A stretch of 63,442 nt of DNA, filler included, from Reticulomyxa filosa (Eukaryota; Protista; Foraminifera), in assembly GCA_000512085.1 (NCBI GenBank). It is 18 parts of 18 records of this genome, joined end to end, with 100 filler letters (N's around TTAATTAATTAA, not from the genome) between each part and the next. Parts side by side here need not be neighbours in the genome. Positions count along the whole stretch, not along the records: positions 50,049 to 51,869 come from ASPP01019035.1; positions 51,970 to 54,420 come from ASPP01024804.1; positions 54,521 to 55,747 come from ASPP01000351.1; positions 55,848 to 57,913 come from ASPP01008341.1; positions 58,014 to 60,040 come from ASPP01036338.1; positions 60,141 to 62,326 come from ASPP01007941.1; positions 62,427 to 63,442 come from ASPP01025076.1; 11 more parts are not named here. One strand, 5' to 3'. Positions 51,512 through 63,442 of the stretch are shown in pieces; position 1 is the stretch's first letter; each line of letters starts with the position of its first letter. The translations under genes and the position numbers were made by a program. Below the pieces are notes generated by a model, which was not told where the DNA came from, searched no databases, and saw only the letters and a program-made list of their open reading frames with translations.

Positions 51512-51719
51512 TGTTGCCACCGGGATTCGAACCCGGACAATATCCCTTTCCTGACTTTGACCGGTCAGCCGTTATCCTTAACACTTCACCGTATGTTCAT
51601 CTAACTCGCAGTCCAGTCCAGTAAAGGACCAGTTCTGACACTCTAGCATATTACACACATGCGTCCTGTTAAGTGAGAACCACAACGCGGATATTCAACC
51701 TGAAATTTGTTTTAGCAAC
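51512..51719 (-). ncRNA. 208-nt tRNA-like structured RNA with a 143-nt insert replacing the anticodon loop
   Basis: Acceptor stem GTTGCTA/TGGCAAC plus discriminator A. Perfect T-arm CCGGG-TTCGAAT-CCCGG (B box). Helix AATATCC/GGATATT at the anticodon-stem position. Downstream T-run. Higher GC than the AT-rich flanks. Confidence 0.7.
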
Positions 51720-53499
51720 TTTTTTTTGATAAATATATATATTCAAACTTATATATATACTCAAAAATATTGTTCATATATTACACTTCTTATTATTTTT
51801 TATTATTTTTCATTGAAAATAAAAAATATCAATCAATTATACTTCTACTTCTATTCAATGCAAAAAAAANNNNNNNNNNNNNNNNNNNNNNNNNNNNNNN
51901 NNNNNNNNNNNNNTTAATTAATTAANNNNNNNNNNNNNNNNNNNNNNNNNNNNNNNNNNNNNNNNNNNNTTTTTTTTTTTTTTTTGAAGTGTGGCCTTAT
52001 TACTCAAAAAAAATATGAGTTGTGGTCGAAAGTTCAATTAAGTAGGGATACAAATAAAAAGTTACAAATTTTTATATTTTTTTTAGTGTTAGAATAATGG
52101 TGTTTTGCATATCTGTTAATGCTTTCTTTTTTGTTGTTGTTTTTGTCTTTCATGATAACTATTTCGCTTCTTCCCGTTTCATGAACCTGTCTATTGTTCA
52201 TTTGAAAAAGTAAATAACCAATAGAGTGACTTTCATTGAATTTTTTGAAATTCGGAAAAAGTAAATTGTTATTGTTGCTGGTGTTGTTTCTGAGCGTATT
52301 ACAAAAAAGATCAAGAAATATGTCGACTATATCAAATAAAGGACAACAACAATAACAACGATTGTAATAATAAACAGAAAATTAAAAAGGGATACTCGAT
52401 ATTCGATAATACATTGTTGCAGTCGTCGATCGTGAGGTCGTAATCGAAGACATACGACAGAGCTTGAATTTAGCTCAATTCAGGACACCCGAATTTTAAA
52501 CATTACACATTCCATTTGATTCTGCTCGTAATTGTTCAACTGAACAACATGTTATGAGATCTTTATGTTTGACTTCATCATCTCTATCGCATGCTCTTCT
52601 TTCCTTGTCAACTTCATATCGTATGTGCTCCTTCTCTTCTCTGCTTTTTTCTTGTCCATTTTTAGCTCTTCCTTTTTGTGCAAAGAGCTCTCTTCTGAAA
52701 TTTTCTCTTCCTTCATGTTTTGAGTTAAAGTTAAAAAACTAACAGATCTTGTTGCCGATCTTTAAGTGCTTATCTTGCAAGGGGGCTCTCTATTTTTTTT
52801 AAACATTACAATAGTCAGACAATTTTTGAAAAACTGAACACAAATTCTAAGTACTCTGAAATAAGTTATTCACATTATCATACTAAATTGTTCTTGTATT
52901 GAACAAGTAAATGCTCCGCAATATAAAAAAAACCAACATTGATGAACAAAAGAAACAAACTTTTTTTAAAGCAAAATACGTAACCAAATGAAAAAGCAAA
53001 AATACAATATTATCATTGAAATTCCTGATCATTATAATTTGACCAATAATGAAATAAAAACTTTTTCAGTTAACTGTATTTACTTATTTAAAAGGATTTT
53101 TTTTGCTGTGTTTTCAAAAAAAAAAAACTAACAAAAAAAAATTGTACAGTCCAAAAAAAATGAACATCATCATGTTCTATTTTGACAAAGCTATTCAAGC
53201 AGAAGCTCGAACCAATGGCTAGATCTTCTCATGAATCTTCTGTGTCAGTTACAAAGTCAACTATTTACTGTTTTAGTACGCAAAAACGCAAAAACAAACA
53301 CAAAACTACACACATTTGTTCAATAAAATTTTTTTGAAAAAATCAATACAACAAATTACATCAGCATTCTTCATTAAAACACAAATGTCATTGATCAAAA
53401 CGTACTAGCATATTTTTGAATAAAAATTATTTTTTGTTGAATAACTAATTGTTTAATGAATTAAAAAATCACAAAATTATATTATATATACTAATTGGA

Positions 53500-53982
53500 G
53501 CCAGCAGCGGGTTTGGCGCAATATCAATATATGTTCACCAAAAAATTCGCAAAACTCAAAAAAAGTTTCAGTTTTGGATTGTCCCTCCGTGACAGAAGTT
53601 GGAAACTTATATGTGATATATGATGGTCTAACATATGATCAATACGAAACAGATTTAATCAAAAAGTGCATACCTGAGATCGCACATAAACTATTTTTAA
53701 ATACATATTGTATCTTTCAACAATGCAATTCCACTATTCATAAAAGTGACTCGACCGCTAATATCTGGGCGGTCATTTTAACATCATGTAACGTCATGAT
53801 ATGTCAACAGATTTGAATTAAATTAAAAACTTATTTGCTGATATAAGTCTGTGTTTGTCTCAAAAAAGTCTAAATGACGAAGATGATCTATTTCAAGCTA
53901 TAAAAGTAGAATTGTCAAACTTAAATATTATACTTGTAAGATATCGTGCAATTAATGCCAAAGAGATGCAAGTAAGTTATAA
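53500..53982 (+). mobile_element. Degenerate Tc1/mariner (DDE_3) transposase relic
   Basis: KVSVLDCPSVTEVGNL (cf. VMVWGCFS..GVG.L), IFQQCNSTIHKS (cf. FQQDNAP.H.S), MSTDLN*IKNLF at 53801 (cf. SPDLNPIENLW) and RAINAKEMQVSY (cf. AVI.AKG..TKY), in order, with stops and frameshifts. Confidence 0.7.
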
Positions 53983-54520
53983 AACAAAAAGGATGGCCAA
54001 CAAAATATTAAAAAAATTATTGTGTAAATATGCAAAAAGAAAAATGTACAAGTAGAAACCAATATATAGTAAATTAATGAAAAAATTATTCACCAACTTC
54101 AAAAACATCATCAAAAAAAAAAAGTCAAGTATAAAAAAACAAAACAAAAAACAAAATTCCAACAAGCTATGATACGATAATCAACTAAATCGACACACAA
54201 AAGCATCCAAAGCAAACTAAAACTACATTAGTCTTCAATTTATGTTGTTATTATGTCAGTATGTGAATCAGATAAAAAAACTGTTGCATTCAATGAAAAA
54301 AACAAACAATGATTAAAATTTTATTCTCAAGAAAGTTGTTAATTTTCATTTACTAAAACTGTACTAGATAACAATAAAATCAAAAGAAAATATCATTGAA
54401 ATATAGTCGTTTCGGCAAGGNNNNNNNNNNNNNNNNNNNNNNNNNNNNNNNNNNNNNNNNNNNNTTAATTAATTAANNNNNNNNNNNNNNNNNNNNNNNN
54501 NNNNNNNNNNNNNNNNNNNN

Positions 54521-55747
54521 CAATTATGATGTCTAAATTGTATTTGATCATAACTGAATGTAACATTACATGATTTACTACAATACAATAAAATTGCACA
54601 AATATTCCATAATTGAAGTGGATATCCCATTTGTTTATGAATATCATCATGATACAATATCTTCAATTCATTTAATATTGTAAATATTTTATGATTTAAT
54701 ATCAATTTACCATTTTCATCCTTTTCATTAAAATTAATTGCTTGTTTAATATTATCACATAATTCCTTTTCCTCTTTTTCATTATTTTTATACTGAAATG
54801 TGATTAAATCATATAAATAGCCATTTTTTGTTATTTCATGGAACAGTTTCTGCAATTCATTGTTTTTTGTCAATTTCACATTTACTGTATCTTGCATAAT
54901 TTTAAGTTTGTGCAAATCACATTCATACAATAATGGATTGAATTTAGTTTTTTGATTTAATGAAATGAATTCATCTTGAAATGGAACACTTTTTGGTAAG
55001 TGATTTCTTTCAATACCAATTGTGCGTTTGTAGGGCACCATGAATCCATATTGTATTTCCCAATGTACTTGAATAATTGGGTAATGAGGAAGATATTTGT
55101 AAATATTATGTAATAATACATCCGAGTCATTCATTTTTGATATTTTTGATGGTATTGCTGGCATACATTTGTCAAATTTACAGTCAAAAAATATTAATTC
55201 ATCTGTACCAGGCATAAAATGACTTCTCACTTGTAAATTATGTTGTACATGCTGTATTCCTTGTTTGAAAGTGATTGAATATGGATTCAATGGCTCTTTG
55301 TGTGTTATATCATCATTAGATTTCCAAGTGACATGAAAAGAGTTAAAATCCTGTGTGTTTGAAATGTAAGCGTAACAATTTAACAATTCAACAATTAACA
55401 AATAATTGAAATTGATAAAGATATTTGTATGCTTTTGCTTTCATTAACTGATACACAATTTGATAAATCATCTCTATCACCTTGATAAATTGTGCGGAAG
55501 TGCCAAGTATGATTGAGAATGAGACAAACCCATTTAGTATGTGTTTCATTAATGTCAATGTGATTATACCATTGAATACTCACATTGAATTCCAATGAAG
55601 ATTTGTTTGGATTTCCAAATTGTAATGATTTTATTTGTAATTTATTTTGATCAAATAACATTATTGTTCGATGTTCATAATCAAATACACATTCATAATC
55701 TTTCCATTTTCCATTCCATAACATACACACTTTGTCTTTAATCCAAT
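54521..55747 (-). CDS. Fragment of a lineage-specific family protein, possibly leading into an ADP-ribosyltransferase-like domain
   Basis: Two long ORFs joined by a probable intron at about 55350-55450. Ends at HKQMGYPLQLWNICAILLYCSKSCN at the contig edge. Confidence 0.55.
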
Positions 55748-55847
55748 NNNNNNNNNNNNNNNNNNNNNNNNNNNNNNNNNNNNNNNNNNNNTTAATTAAT
55801 TAANNNNNNNNNNNNNNNNNNNNNNNNNNNNNNNNNNNNNNNNNNNN

Positions 55848-56487
55848 AAAAAAAAAAAAAAAAGTTCGAATATTGGGTACCGGAATGAAAGGGGTTGCCA
55901 AGTCAAGCACATAATCCAAAAAACCTAAAACACCATCTCTGTCAATTATGTATTGCTCTTCTGGAGATAAAAATGGGATGTAAGCGTTAATTGATTCGTA
56001 TAACCATTCCAATGTTGCGTTGCTCAAATTCGCAATTTGTGATGCCATCAACTGGCCATATGCATAACCCATGTCGTATGGAGACCTATTTTGTTCACAA
56101 TACTTCGCTTTAGAGTATGTGATGAATATTTGCCTTTTTTTTTTTTTTTTTGATTTACATGCATTCGCTCTCATTCATTTCTTTTTTTTAACGTACCCAT
56201 ACAAATGGACAATCCACACTTTCGGCGCAATGCGACCATTTCCGTCAATGTAATATAGTTTTCCATTTGCCACTTGGGACACAAAGACTGAATTAAACAC
56301 ACCAACATTCACACAAATTACAAGGTACACAACGTTCTTGCTCATTTACTTCATTACCAGGCTCCTGAGTTACAAGATCCAAGTTGTTTGGAACGCCTGT
56401 ACAACTTGTATTGGAATAATTTGCTGAGGGATTCGATAGTGCCAAGGAGATTGTTGCTCCAAATAACAAAATATTTGTTAAAATCAT
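55848..56487 (-). CDS. Secreted Ntn-hydrolase, dcd1/acid-ceramidase-like (peptidase C45-like), N-terminal part
   Basis: Signal peptide, then spliced VANGKLY...IVHLYG|SPYDMGYAYGQLM...LDLATPFIP. Confidence 0.7.
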
Positions 56488-57162
56488 GGCAAGTTTAGGC
56501 GCGGATCCTAACAAAGTTTATTTTGTTTACTGCAAAAACCAACATGGTTACAAAATATACTTGCAAAATACCACGTAACAAAAAGTGGCTTATTTGCAAA
56601 TAACATGCCACACTGGCTTCAATCACTTCTCTTTCTTTTAAAAACTATTGAATATATATCAAAATTCGGACATTTGGCAATTAATATCACAGCAAACGTA
56701 GATATTGTGATTTGAATTATTAGTTATAGTTATCAAACATTAAATTTGTATTATTAAAAAAATTAAATTAATGCAGGAGAAAAAAATAATAAAAGAAATG
56801 AAAAGCAAAAAGCCTATTCAAAGATAAAATCCATAATATTCATAAATTATCATTTTTGTGTTTCATGCTTTTGCTACTGCCTTATATTCACTGGTTTCAA
56901 CTAAAATTACATTAAATAATATCGGGTCATGTAATTTCCAAATTAAAGTTTCTAATTTGAAGCTTCTTTGTTGCATATTGTAAAATCTTTTTTTTTTAAT
57001 TGCGTTGGCAATAACTTGTAGTATTATATGTTTTCATTGTGTATTGTTCCTTGCCGTATTCCGATTATCAAGGGAAAATATTTAACATTTTATAATTACC
57101 AATAAAAAAAAACGACAAAAACGCAAAGGGCTTCTTCCACCTTCATCATAAAAAAAGGAATT

Positions 57163-57913
57163 ATGCTGCGTTATCTGTATTACGCACACTTTGATAATAA
57201 AGTTGGGCCTCAAATGCCAATAAGTGTACCAAGGCCATTTTTAGACCGAGTGGAATTCGAAAGCATAGCGGATTATATAATTCCACGACCGTCACTAAGT
57301 CACAAAATGATGGAATTAAATTTGCAACTTGGAGCAACCGAGGTAAAACAGAAAGCAGAGAATGGGATAATGAAGGTGCTGAACTACCCAATTAGAATAG
57401 AAAGTGCGAAATATGAGCGGCAAACATTTACGTTTGCATTTGGTTTTGTGATATTTTTGCCGAATGTGAACCAGCAGAATCACAACTATTATTTGGAGAT
57501 GTATAAGGACACATTGCGACAATTGTGTTTTTTTTTCAACGCAATGGAGAACGAAATAGGTTATTTATCAAAGCAAAACTTGAATATTAGGACATTGGAT
57601 TTGCTGATGTTGCAGCGACGACAACAACAGCAGCCCCAGCAACAGTTTCTGAGAAAGCAATCCTTTAGCCTTTCCAAAAGTAGTGAAGACACGATCACAT
57701 TGAGGGAAGTACTTATCCAAATTTTTGACCAATTGGCATTAGATGGGGAATGCAGTGTACGTATAAACGATTATCGTCGGATCACATTAAAATTGGATCG
57801 TATCAAATGCACACATAATTATCTCATTAGCACAAATGACTTTTTGAATGGCAATAATGACATTCGTGGAGACATGGTCCCTATTTTGATCCATGATGTA
57901 TGCAGCAGCAGCA
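57163..57913 (+). CDS. NPRL2: GATOR1 subunit NPRL2/Npr2 (3'-truncated)
   Basis: LYYAHFDNKVGPQM..SVP, FESIADYIIPRPSL, YPIRIESAKYERQTFTFAFGFV, MENEIGYLS, GECSVRIND...ITLKL. Confidence 0.9.
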
Positions 57914-58599
57914 NNNNNNNNNNNNNNNNNNNNNNNNNNNNNNNNNNNNNNNNNNNNTTAATTAATTAANNNNNNNNNNNNNNNNNNNNNNNNNNNNNNN
58001 NNNNNNNNNNNNNTTGTTTATTCAATCTTTACTGCAATTCTTAATAAAAATTGCTTTGATTTATAAAAAAAAAATTTGCAAACTTATTCGATTAAAACTG
58101 TGCTAACATACGTTATGTCAATCAAATTCCTTATAAATTTCTTCTTTTTAAGAAAATAAGTTTTTGTTTGCGTAATTTAAACTTCGAAAGTATGTTATCG
58201 ATTCAACGCCTCACAAAAAATAAGATTTGATCCATTTTATTATAATAAATAAAAGTTAAAGTTAAAGAAAATTTGTTTCATTATTGGAGGGAAAAAATGA
58301 AAGATGAAACTAACCCCAATTACAAAATAATAATACATCTCATTAGAAAGATCAAATACTTTTTTTTAGCCAATCTTCCAATATCCCACCTTCCAGTTCA
58401 GTGTTATGATTATCAAAATGTTGCAAATTCTGTGTCCAAAGCACTTATTATTTCCAGTTCTTCTTGAAATATATATTCTTTTTTAAAATAAATTTATCTG
58501 TTGTTTTCTTTGGAAAAAAAAATTAAAGATTGGAGTGAACGTCCTTATGTTCAAAAAAAAAAATTTAGTATCATTTTTTTCAATATTATATCGGCACAT

Positions 58600-59547
58600 T
58601 GAACTAAACATACATATTGGTGAGAGGTATGTCTTCTCGAATAGGTTTGCGTCAGGCCAAGAAAATGCGCGAAATTCCTCTGCAAATGGCGTATTTGGAA
58701 CCTTGTATACTGTCAAGCGAACAATAAAGATTTCATCACATTTGTGTGTTCTACTATTGATTATTACATATACATCTATATGTATTAAAGAAAAAAGGCA
58801 ACAACAATAATATATAAAGACGTCGATCGCAATGCTGTCAGTCAATCCAAGATCCGTCGTATTTGCTGAGTTCATTTCAAATTGTGTCAGCGTGGCAGTC
58901 ATCGGGCCTGCTTCACATGAAAGAATTGCACGAGACGCTGCGCAAGTTGCGTTGGAAAGCAGAGACATATCCCCAGCTGCGAGACACTGAGCATTTGGAA
59001 GCGAAGATGATACATTTGCTTCTTTTCCAGTGGTGTCATTATCACTTGTGGTTTGTCAAAAAAATTCCTTTCACTGATTATGCCTTCAATCCTCTTTATA
59101 TATATGTATATATGTAGTGTATGTAGGTATATGTGTGCATGCACGTAGGATATATCAGAGCGAAGGGTTGAATATTCCTTGGTATGTGCACGTGCACTTG
59201 TTTTTGCGAACATGTTATTTAGTGCCAATGGACGTGAAAATCACTAGTCATGACTTTGTGAAATATAATTGAAATCTGCTTCAATACGCTTCCTTTGAAG
59301 TTTCTTTTATTATTTAAAATTTATATAACCATATATATAGCATGCAAAATTTTAATTGATTAAAAAATATAAAATGCAAAAAGCAGATGAAGCAATGGAG
59401 CACCGAAGACGTTACGATATGGCTGGTGTCAATGGTACTGAAGCGATACGTACGCACGTTTCTCAAACATTGAGTCGATGGCTAGCTGCTGATGTCCGAC
59501 GACAAGCACTGGCTCCAGAAATTGATAAAACATCACCAGAAGATTAA
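58600..59547 (+). CDS. Hypothetical spliced protein
   Basis: Exon-like, less AT-rich blocks (about 58620-58743, 58820-59050, 59149-59270, 59385-59547) separated by AT/(TA)n introns. No recognisable motif. Confidence 0.35.
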
Positions 59548-60140
59548 AAAACACAAAAAGTCAATTACACTTTTTGCATAATCTGAATCTTGATTTTTCG
59601 AAATGTCAGTTATTTATGGTTTTATAAATAAAGTATAGAATAAAATCAATCCAATTATTCAGTTAATTTGTATTTCAAAATGATCAAATTTGTTATCATT
59701 TGTTTCAAACCAGTGACTTTTGAAAAAACTTCAAATCCAATGTGTGCAACAAAAAGTGAATTGAAATTTTTTTTAGGTAATGTATTCAGAAACACTATTA
59801 GCAACAATGATAGTTCATATTTACTTTTCCTGAGTTTAAAAATTACAAAGCGTTGCAGCATCGAAATCAGGACATTATATTTTCACTGCTTATGATAATG
59901 GGCATGTTTATATGTGTGTAGCACATTGTGAGGAAACAAATTTGTATTTGCCCACACGATAGTCATGTTTCATGTTTGAGCGTATCGGATAATGGATATG
60001 CATTGGCGACTGGCTTGGGATTTCAATTTGCTGTTTTTTTNNNNNNNNNNNNNNNNNNNNNNNNNNNNNNNNNNNNNNNNNNNNTTAATTAATTAANNNN
60101 NNNNNNNNNNNNNNNNNNNNNNNNNNNNNNNNNNNNNNNN

Positions 60141-60491
60141 CAAAATCAAAATCAAAATCAAATGCAAAAACAACATGAAATGGAAAAGGAAATACGAGAC
60201 ACTGTGGAGCGCATCGTCGAGGCCTACGACAACCAGTTGTACCTGTATGACAACGACCAGTGGGACTCGATCCACGAAATGATCCACCATCGATGCAAGC
60301 AATGGGACCTGCATGTTACCTGGATTGTCTTGCAGTCCATGTTGAACGAGCCACGTCCTCATAGAGATGAACATAACAAAGATAATAACGGTAATGATGA
60401 TGATGATGATGATGATGATGATAATAATGATGATGATGATGATGAAAAACTGTTTGTCAATCGTTCTGATCAGTACATTGGTCACAATAAC

Positions 60492-60523
<32 letters not shown>

Positions 60524-60830
60524 TGAAGAAGAAGAAGAAGGAGGGAAATATGAGTGGGTCCACAATGACGACGATGAATACGAGGACATAGACAAAAGCA
60601 AGCCCCACAAGTTCCAAAAACGCGAAAAGGGGAGAGACAAGGAAGCCTTGGAGTGTGTTGCGTTTGAGCTGTTAGGAGTGATGTATTCGCTGAGCAAGAA
60701 CGTGAAGAAGGCCAACTACTACTTTGAACAGTCGTTTGCAAAGAACGACAAGTACGTGCAAACCTAGCATGATTGGGGAGTACTTTGTATTTTATTGAAA
60801 TGCTTGGGAAAAGTAGTAAAGTCAACTCCC

Positions 60831-60882
<52 letters not shown>

Positions 60883-61543
60883 TGAATCAAAATCCAAGTC
60901 TTTGTCTATGATGACGCTAACACGCAAACAGTACTTTGAACATGCCATCGACCTGTACAAACAATGCCTAAAGTGGAACAAGAAATACTCGTACGTGTAC
61001 AACCACTACGGCAATATCTACGAGGACGAAGGGATGCTGAAAGAGGCATGCGACTTGTACCAGGTCGCCGTGCAGCTGCGCAACGACGTGTCGTCGTTCC
61101 ACTTGGACTTGGCCAACACCTTGGACGACTTGCAAAACTATCCTCTGGCCGAAATCCACTACTTGAAAGCCATCGAACTCGACTCGAACAAACAGGCCGT
61201 CTACTACTGGAACTACGGAATCTTCCTGGAACACCAACGACGCTACTCCGCCGCTTGCAACGCCTATCAGATCGCCATCGAACTCAATCCACTCTGTGTC
61301 GACGCCTACTTCAACCTCGGCCAAATGCTCGAAACGAGAGGCCGCGAAGAACGCGACGCAAAATACTTGCGGCAATCGCTCGAGTATTTTCAACACGTCA
61401 TCCAACTCACGTCCTCTTCCGCTGTCAAGAAAGAAAAAAAGACAAACAGGAAAAGGAAAAGAGTAAAAAAGGCAAGGAAAAAGATGTTGTAGATGCTGAG
61501 GATGAAAAAGAAAAGGATGAAAATCATCCTGATGACGACGATC

Positions 61544-61575
<32 letters not shown>

Positions 61576-62326
61576 GATAATGATGATGATGATAATGATG
61601 AGTCGTCCATGAATATCTATGGCACTGCTCTCTACAAGTCTGCAACCATCTATGAAACTATGGGCGCACATATCGAAGCTGAACATTGCTACCAACTCTG
61701 TCTGCAACGCTTCCCTCAACGACGACAACTCTACGTTCGCTTAGCCACTTTGCTCGATCGCTTGGGAAAAAGCGTCGATTGCAACTGTATTTTTCAAAAG
61801 GGATTACAAACTATTCAAGACCCCACTGGTCTTATATATATACATATACATATATATATATGTATATAATATATATGTATTTGTATACGTGTTATCATCA
61901 TTATGTGTGCTCACTATTTGATACAGCTTTGTTTGATATTATTGACAACACAAACAGAACACCAAAAGTTGACTGACGAGTACGTACGATGGCTCAAGGT
62001 ATTTAACGAACGCGAAAAAAAAAAACAAAAACCACCCAAAGATACACGCAGTCCAAGCTCCAATTCCGATTCCTCTTTTCGTGGTGTTAAAGCCTATGGC
62101 AATGATGCCACTCTTCTTTCGCCTGTCATTTTGTCCAAAAACAGTGCTTCCACTCCGATTCGACCTATACCCAAATTGGATCTTGTTTATTCTAATGGTT
62201 CTTATTTTTTTTTTTTCTTCATTGGCCCTTCTGTCACATTATTATATCAATCTTTTTTTTTTTCTTCCTCTCCCCCTCTTTCTTTTTTTTTTTTGTTATA
62301 AAAAACTTACTAACGTATACGTTGCT
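60141..62326 (+). CDS. TPR-repeat protein with poly-D/poly-Q tracts (fragment; apparent sequencing errors near 60765 and 61450)
   Basis: TPRs YSYVYNHYGNIY..EGMLKEACDLYQVAV, FHLDLANTL..AEIHYLKAIEL, YWNYGIFL..YQIAIELNP..DAYFNLG. Confidence 0.85.
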
Positions 62327-63442
62327 NNNNNNNNNNNNNNNNNNNNNNNNNNNNNNNNNNNNNNNNNNNNTTAATTAATTAANNNNNNNNNNNNNNNNNN
62401 NNNNNNNNNNNNNNNNNNNNNNNNNNATTAGCAAATGCAATGAAAACGGTCATAGAAATGTAGTGAACAATTTTAATGATGATAACAAACAAAAAATTGA
62501 TCCATTCAAGAGATTTAGATAAAATGTCATTGCCATTGAAATCGTTGCTTGCAAACACAAGCAAAATAATCTTCCATTTTTGTTCAATGCAAACTCCAAA
62601 AGAGACTTTGGAGTACTTGCTATCTCAATGTTGAAACAAACAAACAAAAAAAACACATTAATGCAAACATACAAATGCACATACATCTATAATAAATGAA
62701 CACTTCCAATTGAAAAAAGTGATCAAAATCATCTATCTCAATGACTGACTGAAATTTGAAATAATTGATTTATTTCAAACATAAATTTAAACAAACAATC
62801 GGATCTCAAAAATCAATAAAATGTTATTTATTGTATTATTTGTCAATCATTTTCATTATTTACTTTTTATAAAATTTTCAGAATCTGGATTATCCATTTT
62901 TTATCATTGCATTCTTCATATCCAATTTTTGTAAACAATATTTCACTTACAAAATATGCGATCGAAAGAGTCTTTGTCAGCCAATACAAAAAGCGAAGGA
63001 GAAATAAAAGGTGAGTTGATAAAACAGTGGTTCCAAGACTAGACCATGACATCGACGTTATCTCAAGTGCTAATACGACAATGGCGACGAAACGGAGCCA
63101 ATAGTAATGGAAATCGTTTGGAAGGCAGTATTCGTTGCCATGTTTTTATGTGCATACAATGTAATAATTTTGTCTTGTTTAGTGTTGAAATGTCGCTCTG
63201 TGAATACGGATAAAGGCAAGGTAACCAACATTACTTCGAAGCAAAATAATGGGTCGTATTTGTATGTACGGTGGCAGTTGTTCATGTATTTTGTGAGATG
63301 GAGTGACTCTTGGAAATACAACTATCATCTATTAGCTATTACTGCAAGGATGAAGCGTGTATTGAGAGCTTGCACATATTGTGAAAATGATAGCTATTAT
63401 TTTCTTGGCTTACATGCCGTCTTGGAAAAGATTTGCCAATTT

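Noticed and set aside
51512-51719. Calling the tRNA-like locus a standard tRNA, tRNA-Sec or tmRNA
   Set aside because: No canonical anticodon loop, no long variable arm, and no G3:U70 or GGGG start. It is kept as an unclassified ncRNA.
60760-60780. TAG interrupting the TPR gene as readthrough
   Set aside because: It coincides with a frame change, so a local sequence error or lesion is more likely.
1-63442. Apparent clustering of ubiquitin-system genes across the window; CRISPR or operon structure
   Set aside because: The contigs are concatenated arbitrarily, so only the RBR/USP pair is truly linked. No repeat-spacer array was seen.

Overview
This is eukaryotic, AT-rich, intron-containing nuclear DNA, not a prokaryotic locus. 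It is a pseudo-scaffold of 18 unrelated short contigs joined by 17 artificial 100-bp linkers (N44-TTAATTAATTAA-N44), so gene adjacency only means something within a contig. Gene content, long homopolymer and low-complexity tracts and intron style suggest a rhizarian protist such as the foraminiferan Reticulomyxa (inference). Recognisable genes: a LamG-HECT E3 ligase, importin-alpha, a TruA pseudouridine synthase, a Pro/Thr-repeat membrane protein, a giant LamG/CUB/UBA protein broken by homopolymer indels, a divergent H2A variant, CCDC174-like, eIF3j-like, RPB1 with CTD, ATG16, a PB1+caspase-like protein, a head-to-head SAM-Ubl-RBR ligase / SAM-USP pair, GPLD1-like FG-GAP repeats, a dcd1/C45-like hydrolase, NPRL2 and a TPR protein. 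There are also LINE and Tc1 relics. The most notable items are (1) a 208-nt tRNA-shaped locus (51512-51719, minus strand) whose anticodon loop is replaced by a 143-nt structured insert, (2) the divergent SAM-RBR/SAM-USP ubiquitin writer/eraser pair, (3) the H2A variant with a charged C-terminal tail, and (4) RPB1 trigger-loop and CTD deviations. All family assignments are by motif recognition from memory; no searches were run.
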